From a virus (lineage: Duplodnaviria > Caudoviricetes): a stretch of 29,265 nt of DNA. Position numbers and translations under genes: made by a program. Below are positions 24,472 to 29,265 of the stretch, in pieces. The notes beneath the pieces were generated by a model. The model was not told the DNA's origin. It did no database searches and saw only the letters and a list, made by a program, of their open reading frames with translations. Where the stretch lies: positions 1-29,265 of IMG/VR virus record IMGVR_UViG_3300037465_000219; one strand, written 5' to 3'. Within the stretch, counting starts at the first letter, position 1. Each line of letters opens with the position of its first letter.

Positions 24472-24501
24472 CAAATATACAATTAAAACGACACATGCAA
24501 A
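24472..24501 (-). promoter_or_regulatory. Antisense Bacteroidota-type promoter
   Basis: Minus strand TTTG-N18-TATATTTG; -7 element is an exact TAnnTTTG match, spacer slightly short. Confidence 0.55.
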
Positions 24502-25052
24502 ACAACCTTAAAATAATTGCGCAGAGGTGGCAGCAGGTAAAATTGACATTGCCTTATAAGGTTGGTGTGCTTGCCGTTGCCTTCAGCAACCAGCGGTTCA
24601 GGGAACAATCCTGGGTGGATATTATTACAGAACCGTGGAAGAGGAGAAAACCAGGTGCAAAAAGAAATACAGGCCGGGCCATATTGGTTGACAAAGGCAG
24701 GCTGAGAAGAGGTAACCGGATCATCAATGCGGACAGCGCAGGCATGAAAGTGACCATTGGTAATGATACCCCGTATGCCAAAGCACATAATGACGGCTTC
24801 AGGGGACTGGTAACTATACCTGAACACAAGCGTAAGCGGTTGGCAAAGGAAAAAGTATTTACCGGCGAGCTGACAAAGAAAGGAAGAAAGAGAAGCCGCA
24901 CGGTAACAAAGGTTACGGGTGAGATAATAGTGAAAGCGCATACCAGGAGAATGAACCTGCCACGCCGCAGATTTATGGGGCCGAGCATGCACCTGAATAA
25001 ACAAATAGGCAGACTGATAACAATGGAAATCAATAAAATTTTTAAACCATAA
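24495..25052 (+). CDS. Virion morphogenesis / tail completion protein (Mu gpG, P2 gpS-like)
   Basis: Basic; W..RK...ILVDKGRLRR...IGNDTPYAKAHNDG...NLPRRRFMG. Confidence 0.85.
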   Translation: MQNNLKIIAQRWQQVKLTLPYKVGVLAVAFSNQRFREQSWVDIITEPWKRRKPGAKRNTGRAILVDKGRLRRGNRIINADSAGMKVTIGNDTPYAKAHNDGFRGLVTIPEHKRKRLAKEKVFTGELTKKGRKRSRTVTKVTGEIIVKAHTRRMNLPRRRFMGPSMHLNKQIGRLITMEINKIFKP

Positions 25053-25054
25053 TT

Positions 25055-25564
25055 ATGAGAACAGAACTTTTTAAAGACATTGCCGACAGGCTGAAAGACC
25101 AGGTGCCCGAACTAAGTTGGATTGATATGGAATGGGGTCAGCTGGAAATACCGGAAGAAAGTTACCCGGTTCAGTTTGACTGTGCGCTTATCAGCTTTCC
25201 GGACATACCGTGGGAGCAGCTTGGATTAAATGTGCAGGAGGGGCTGGTGCAAATTTTAATCAGGATTGGAGTGGATATGTATAGTGATACACACACGGCA
25301 GATGGCATTACAGCCCCTGACCGTGATCTTGCGCTGGTAAAACTTACGCTTCCTGATAAAGTGTATAAGGCCCTGAATGGATTTGAGGGAGATTATTTTG
25401 AGAAGATAGTGCGCCTGCGCAGTGCGGAGGAGAGAAGAGAGGATGGCCTGAAGGTGTTTAATGAATATTTTGTAACCAAAATGAGAGACAGCAGTGCTGT
25501 AAAAGTTTATACGGATACGAACGCAACGCTGAAAGTGGACGGAGAATTTACAGAGGAAGTGTGA
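25055..25564 (+). CDS. Tail terminator / neck protein (Mu gp37-like)
   Basis: Acidic 169 aa; VPELSWIDMEWGQLE...PVQFDCALI...VYKALNG; follows the gpG-like gene. Confidence 0.7.
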   Translation: MRTELFKDIADRLKDQVPELSWIDMEWGQLEIPEESYPVQFDCALISFPDIPWEQLGLNVQEGLVQILIRIGVDMYSDTHTADGITAPDRDLALVKLTLPDKVYKALNGFEGDYFEKIVRLRSAEERREDGLKVFNEYFVTKMRDSSAVKVYTDTNATLKVDGEFTEEV

Positions 25565-25571
25565 GGGGACG

Positions 25572-25823
25572 TCAGTTGTTGCTCCAGCTCCACAACTGTA
25601 GTTTTTTGATGTCGGGCTTCTGGGTTCTCAACTTCTTTAGCTTATCGCCATTGGTGCGTATGATAAACATGATTTGCTTTGGTGTTAGAAATATTTCTTC
25701 CAGGGAGAGAATCATCAGAACATCATCAAAGCGACGGCGTTGTATCTCAGTCCAGTAGTAGTAGCGGAGGATGAGTTTTTCATTACGGAGTTTAATGAGC
25801 GACTTGCTGCGTCCCTTTAACAT
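25572..25823 (-). CDS. Small HTH protein, possible Mor/C-like late-gene activator
   Basis: RNEKLILRYYYW...LSLEEIFLTPKQIMFII; last gene of the early/middle operon, the position of the Mu late activator. Confidence 0.55.
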   Translation of the reverse strand: MLKGRSKSLIKLRNEKLILRYYYWTEIQRRRFDDVLMILSLEEIFLTPKQIMFIIRTNGDKLKKLRTQKPDIKKLQLWSWSNN

Positions 25824-25832
25824 TGATTGTAA

Positions 25833-25873
25833 AAATAAAAAAGGATTTGCAATAAAATGGTATGCAAATCCTT
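25833..25873 (-). terminator. 11-bp inverted repeat followed by a T-rich tract (terminator or operator) upstream of the Mor/C-like gene
   Basis: AAGGATTTGCA-N11-TGCAAATCCTT (25841-25873), then TTTTATTTTT on the minus strand. Confidence 0.5.
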
Positions 25874-26000
25874 GCCTGTGAGTAAGTTTATGCTTTGCGA
25901 ATTTTTCTATAAATCCATTTTATCAGCTTTAAAAAGAGCCTTCCGGCGCCCTCAAGCAATTCTATAATCAAGGATGCTCTGGCTGGACGATATGACATAG

Positions 26001-26441
26001 TTATCTTATTATAATGGCCCATGAATCGCCTTCTGACTTTTCTAAAAAAAGTCTCAGGCTTTTGTTTCGAAAAGTAGCTCGGTAGTCGTCACGCTTACGT
26101 GTATCAATATTCCGTTGATTCACCTGGATCGAAAAAATATCCGACAGGATCGCCTTTAGGGATTTAATATCACCGTTAAAACCCTCAATGAAAACCGAAT
26201 CATCAAATCTGATAAGAATAATAACTGAGACCCATTTTGAGGCTGTATCATGGTATTCTATTGAAATGTAGGTTTTTCCCTGATTGAGAATAGTATCAGT
26301 TTTTGTTTTTTTTACAGCAAATAGCTTTGCGGCTATGCTATCTGTAAAACTTTTTGCCTCATTATAGTCAGACATGAGTATCTGTGAAAATGAACGGCAC
26401 CAAAGGACTATCGAAATAAAAAACAGTAATGTTTTCTTCAT
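26001..26441 (-). CDS. Exported hypothetical protein (moron-like)
   Basis: MKKTLLFFISIVLWCRSFS|Q signal-peptide-like start at 26441; AT-rich. Confidence 0.65.
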   Translation of the reverse strand: MKKTLLFFISIVLWCRSFSQILMSDYNEAKSFTDSIAAKLFAVKKTKTDTILNQGKTYISIEYHDTASKWVSVIILIRFDDSVFIEGFNGDIKSLKAILSDIFSIQVNQRNIDTRKRDDYRATFRNKSLRLFLEKSEGDSWAIIIR

Positions 26442-26451
26442 GGCATCAAAT

Positions 26452-26673
26452 TTATTGATTATCGGTATTATCGTCAATACCATTAAACGGTGATTCTGTC
26501 TGAATCCAAACAGGTGGGTGTACTGGCAGCATGACTATCAAATATAGCTTACCTTCTCTAACTATGTTTTCAATATCCTCTTTATTCAACTGCCAGCAGC
26601 TTATGATCTTCTGGCCATCGGTGAAGGCGGGCAGGTCAAGAATCTGTATGTCGGGGCGGTCAGCTCCTTTCAT
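26452..26673 (-). CDS. Small phage hypothetical protein, possibly 5'-frameshifted (original start 26708)
   Basis: LPA..DG..IISCWQL..EDI..I...GKLYL.V...HPPV; upstream in-frame VTFPQYN is preceded by an out-of-frame ATG ATA CCG. Confidence 0.6.
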   Translation of the reverse strand: MKGADRPDIQILDLPAFTDGQKIISCWQLNKEDIENIVREGKLYLIVMLPVHPPVWIQTESPFNGIDDNTDNQ

Positions 26674-26717
26674 TACAATGTTGTACTGTGGAAATGTTAC
26701 GGTATCATACAGGTGCT

Positions 26718-27131
26718 TTATAGTGCGTTTAAATGCTTTTTGTACGTCTGTCTGAACTGCGTTACCAGGTTTACCAACTCGTCATAGCTGTGCTCCTGCA
26801 TTTTCTTTTTATACTTGCCGTGTGAGCCGGTGTTAAATTCATCAATACGCTGGATAGCAGTTTTCCAATCACCTGGTGTGGCCCACCCCATTTCGTAAGC
26901 GGTACTGATGACAGTACGGCGCATGCGGTTCATGGCTTTTCCCTTCTCATTCTCCTTATTGATTTCGGCCTGCAGGTTAGCAGCCATTTCAAGGGCTTCG
27001 GCATCTGTCATTTCGCTGATGTGTGAAGTGCGGCCATTGGTAAAGCCGAGCACCATATCATCTTTCAGGCTGTTTAATCCGAGCCTGGACAGCATGGTGC
27101 GAATGCGGATGATATGTTGTTTTGTTGCCAT
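26718..27131 (-). CDS. GemA / Mu gp16-like regulatory protein
   Basis: IIRIRTMLSRLG...MVLGFTNGRTSHISEMT..EA..M and C-terminal EL..LVTQF pattern typical of Mu-like phages. Confidence 0.6.
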   Translation of the reverse strand: MATKQHIIRIRTMLSRLGLNSLKDDMVLGFTNGRTSHISEMTDAEALEMAANLQAEINKENEKGKAMNRMRRTVISTAYEMGWATPGDWKTAIQRIDEFNTGSHGKYKKKMQEHSYDELVNLVTQFRQTYKKHLNAL

Positions 27132-27556
27132 TACCTGTATTCATTTTCCCAATAGCGGTCACGCAAGTATTTTTCAGGGTCAGCTTTTGGTCGCCATTTT
27201 TCCTGTGCCAGGTATTTATCATAAGGCGTGATGCCGGTATATGCTTTTACCTGGTCTGCTTTAGATAACCTGTCCCACAGGGGCTGCGTCCGTTTTTTGT
27301 TAATTTTCTTGTTGTACTTTTTCCAGAACTGTTCAAAGGTTACCTCATAATCTTTCTCCACAATGGTGACACGGGTGTTTTTGAAACCACTGGCCAGATT
27401 ATTTACTTGTATTGTTATCCGGTCTTTGAATTGCAGCATCTGCATATCATTCATTTCTGCATTGCTGAAATCAATGATCTGGATAACCCCTTTGTCATCA
27501 TAAACCAGCTCTGCATAGCCGGTGAAGCCGGGTGATGTGATTTGAAATAGTCTCAT
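27131..27556 (-). CDS. Hypothetical protein with phage replication-protein-like helical C-terminal domain
   Basis: FEQFWKKY.KK.NKK....LW..LS..D...A...P.KYL...W.NE. Confidence 0.65.
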   Translation of the reverse strand: MRLFQITSPGFTGYAELVYDDKGVIQIIDFSNAEMNDMQMLQFKDRITIQVNNLASGFKNTRVTIVEKDYEVTFEQFWKKYNKKINKKRTQPLWDRLSKADQVKAYTGITPYDKYLAQEKWRPKADPEKYLRDRYWENEYR

Positions 27557-28305
27557 AATACAATGTCGTTTTCAAGTACACAGTTATAGTTTTTGTTTGC
27601 TTCGAAAAAAGCATAAGCAAAGCCAGGCGGCGTGATACTTCTCAGCTCTTTTGTTTTTTCCGACTTGCCACCGAGCCTTTGCGTAAAGCTGCCCTGCGGT
27701 GCCGTCTTTACATTGAACAAGGGTTTCTTTTCCGGGATATTGAACTCACCCCATAATCCCGTTTTTTTTGTATAGCAATTCCATTTTATAACGAGATCAG
27801 CCTCTTCGCCTGTTACATCGTATCCGTTCTTTTGTTTTATGCGCTGCAATTCTTTTTTAATGTTTCTTGAAGGCGACAGATAGCCGGCGAACTCGTAAGG
27901 ATGAAACCACCAGGGATTATCAAGGCCGCACAACCTGCCTATTCTCCCCACAGGGTTTTCAACTGCCCAAAAAAATGTGCTATCCCAATCCGGATCTGTA
28001 GGCCGGAATAAGTTGACCAACTTCTGTACCTGGTTTACTAACTGAACTGCTGCCGCTGTTCTGCCATCTGAATCTTTCATGGGCCACCATTGTGCACAGC
28101 TAACGGTAAATTCAGTGCAGGGTGGTGCCGCAATAATTCCATCCACATCTTCAAATAATTCAAGAGCAGTATCAGCACAGTCAATGTTATTTATATCCAT
28201 GAACCGATCCAGCTTGATGTCCCATTGTATTACATCCCATCCGTTTTCTGCAAAAGGCTGAGACCATACACCTGAGTAATCGAATAATGATAACAGCGTT
28301 TTCAT
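27553..28305 (-). CDS. Compact C5-cytosine DNA methyltransferase-like protein
   Basis: Motif I-like LLSLFDYSG, motif IV AAPPCTEF, motif VI ENPVG, YTKKTGLWG, RSITPPGFA. Confidence 0.75.
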   Translation of the reverse strand: MKTLLSLFDYSGVWSQPFAENGWDVIQWDIKLDRFMDINNIDCADTALELFEDVDGIIAAPPCTEFTVSCAQWWPMKDSDGRTAAAVQLVNQVQKLVNLFRPTDPDWDSTFFWAVENPVGRIGRLCGLDNPWWFHPYEFAGYLSPSRNIKKELQRIKQKNGYDVTGEEADLVIKWNCYTKKTGLWGEFNIPEKKPLFNVKTAPQGSFTQRLGGKSEKTKELRSITPPGFAYAFFEANKNYNCVLENDIVL

Positions 28306-28535
28306 TTGAATAATTCCTGTTGCCGGTTATTAGGTTTTGTTTTATGCCGGATAACTCCCTGCCTTGTGAAATGGCTCAACTTGTTGTCAACCACAGTTTC
28401 TTTATGCTTTGCCACGGCCATGCTGCTTTGTGTCTTATAGAGAAAGTAATCGTTCTGCGCATCCCGCATATCAAGCACATCCTGCAGCAGCAGGATGAAC
28501 CATTGGGGATAATCGAATTTTTGTTGTTCGCTCAT
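28302..28535 (-). CDS. Hypothetical protein
   Basis: 77 aa, MRDAQ..YF motif, ends QELFK; ATGA-coupled. Confidence 0.7.
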   Translation of the reverse strand: MSEQQKFDYPQWFILLLQDVLDMRDAQNDYFLYKTQSSMAVAKHKETVVDNKLSHFTRQGVIRHKTKPNNRQQELFK

Positions 28536-28615
28536 GGTAATAGTTTTAACACGGCATTTGCGCCATTAAAACGGCGCAAATGCGTTCGTTCTTTGCAATG
28601 CCGCTGACGGCTCAT
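28532..28615 (-). CDS. Possible 27-aa peptide MSRQRHCKERTHLRRFNGANAVLKLLP
   Basis: TAATG overlap upstream and ATGA overlap downstream. Confidence 0.35.
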   Translation of the reverse strand: MSRQRHCKERTHLRRFNGANAVLKLLP

Positions 28616-28680
28616 TATTCAGCGACATACCATGTATTTGTTTTTGCGCCCACACCACACATTAGTTTCCATAGCATCAT
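28615..28680 (-). CDS. Possible 21-aa peptide MMLWKLMCGVGAKTNTWYVAE
   Basis: ATGA overlap with the stop of 28677..28964 and TAATG overlap with the next mini-ORF. Confidence 0.35.
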   Translation of the reverse strand: MMLWKLMCGVGAKTNTWYVAE

Positions 28681-28964
28681 TTGAATGCACCTTTAGCTGT
28701 ATCTAATTTCGGTTCACCCAAATCTTTCATACCATATTTTGCTTTCAATGCGGGTAATTCTATTTTTCCAATTTCTCTCAATGCAGCGTTAAACTCATTT
28801 TGAACTTTAAAATGCTTACGCCACTTGCTCCAAACTATACCGCCTTCGGCTCCACCAGTAGCCATTAGCTTAATGTCATTGTAAAGTCTTTGCTTCTCAG
28901 CTTGCATTTTCGCAAATGCAGCCCTTGTAACATACTTGCCTTTAAGATTATTCGGTAGTTTCAT
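28677..28964 (-). CDS. Hypothetical protein
   Basis: 95-aa ORF co-oriented with the early/middle genes. Confidence 0.6.
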   Translation of the reverse strand: MKLPNNLKGKYVTRAAFAKMQAEKQRLYNDIKLMATGGAEGGIVWSKWRKHFKVQNEFNAALREIGKIELPALKAKYGMKDLGEPKLDTAKGAFK

Positions 28965-28993
28965 TTTGTTTTGGTTTTAAGATTGGACACCAA

Positions 28994-29263
28994 TTAGGGG
29001 TTTCGTATGTCTGCCAAATCAAAATATTCGCAAATCAGATCTTCAAGTTTTTGTTTGAGCTCTTCCATCTTTAATTCTGCCCGTGGAGTTTGCCATGTCT
29101 CTTTAGCAAAAACCATTTCAGCATGAATATTGATTTGTTTTATTTGCCTGTTCATATTGCATCCATCAACCCGAATGTGTGGCATATAATAAATTTTTAT
29201 TTTTCTGATTTCAGGGCCGTTATAAAAATTCAGTAATTGACTTCTTGTTATTGTTTCTTCCAT
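28994..29263 (-). CDS. Hypothetical protein
   Basis: 89-aa ORF at the window edge, co-oriented. Confidence 0.55.
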   Translation of the reverse strand: MEETITRSQLLNFYNGPEIRKIKIYYMPHIRVDGCNMNRQIKQINIHAEMVFAKETWQTPRAELKMEELKQKLEDLICEYFDLADIRNP

Positions 29264-29265
29264 CG

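Larger units (their letters stand above)
1..29265. mobile_element. Mu-like (transposable-type) myophage/prophage of a Bacteroidota host: structural, lysis and part of the early/middle region; ends not in window
   Basis: Contiguous terminase, Mu gp29-like portal, MuF, Mu gp36-like, gpG-like, Clp protease, capsid, sheath, tube, tape measure, baseplate and GemA-like genes; no host housekeeping genes; transposase not in window. Confidence 0.9.

Noticed and set aside
19307-25033. Minus-strand ORFs over the terminase-portal operon (e.g. 24483..25004, 24554..25033) as a possible immunity gene
   Set aside because: They fully overlap recognisable plus-strand genes and look like reverse-frame artefacts; none fits in the 73-nt gap after MuF
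25572-25823. Transposase fragment
   Set aside because: Only 83 aa with no DDE motif; HTH-like pattern and position fit a transcriptional regulator better

Overview
The whole window is the structural and late half of a Mu-like (transposable-type) contractile-tailed phage or prophage from a Bacteroidota host. The host is inferred from TAnnTTTG promoters, Gln-after-signal-peptide exported proteins and AT-rich, SD-less starts. A long minus-strand operon encodes Clp-type head protease/scaffold, capsid, sheath, tube, tail chaperone, tape measure, baseplate, fibres, holin-like and spanin-like proteins. It diverges from a plus-strand operon encoding terminase, gp36-like, portal, MuF and neck/tail-completion proteins. 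Minus-strand early/middle genes lie at the right end (GemA-like, C5-methyltransferase-like, Mor/C-like). The most interesting locus is the portal-MuF junction. A T_TTT_TTC slippery site plus a GC-rich hairpin would fuse the portal by -1 frameshift to a MuF protein ending in a CdiA-CT-like PD-(D/E)xK nuclease domain. No immunity ORF follows it. Instead there is an antisense promoter, a UNCG hairpin and an intrinsic terminator that define an approximately 55-60 nt candidate RNA antitoxin or regulator. Other unusual points are a tail-fibre-like protein with a Sec signal peptide, a capsid protein with a hydrophobic leader, a tail-chaperone frameshift, REP-like elements right after four stop codons, and translationally coupled mini-ORFs. 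All product calls come from motif recognition and synteny, not database searches.
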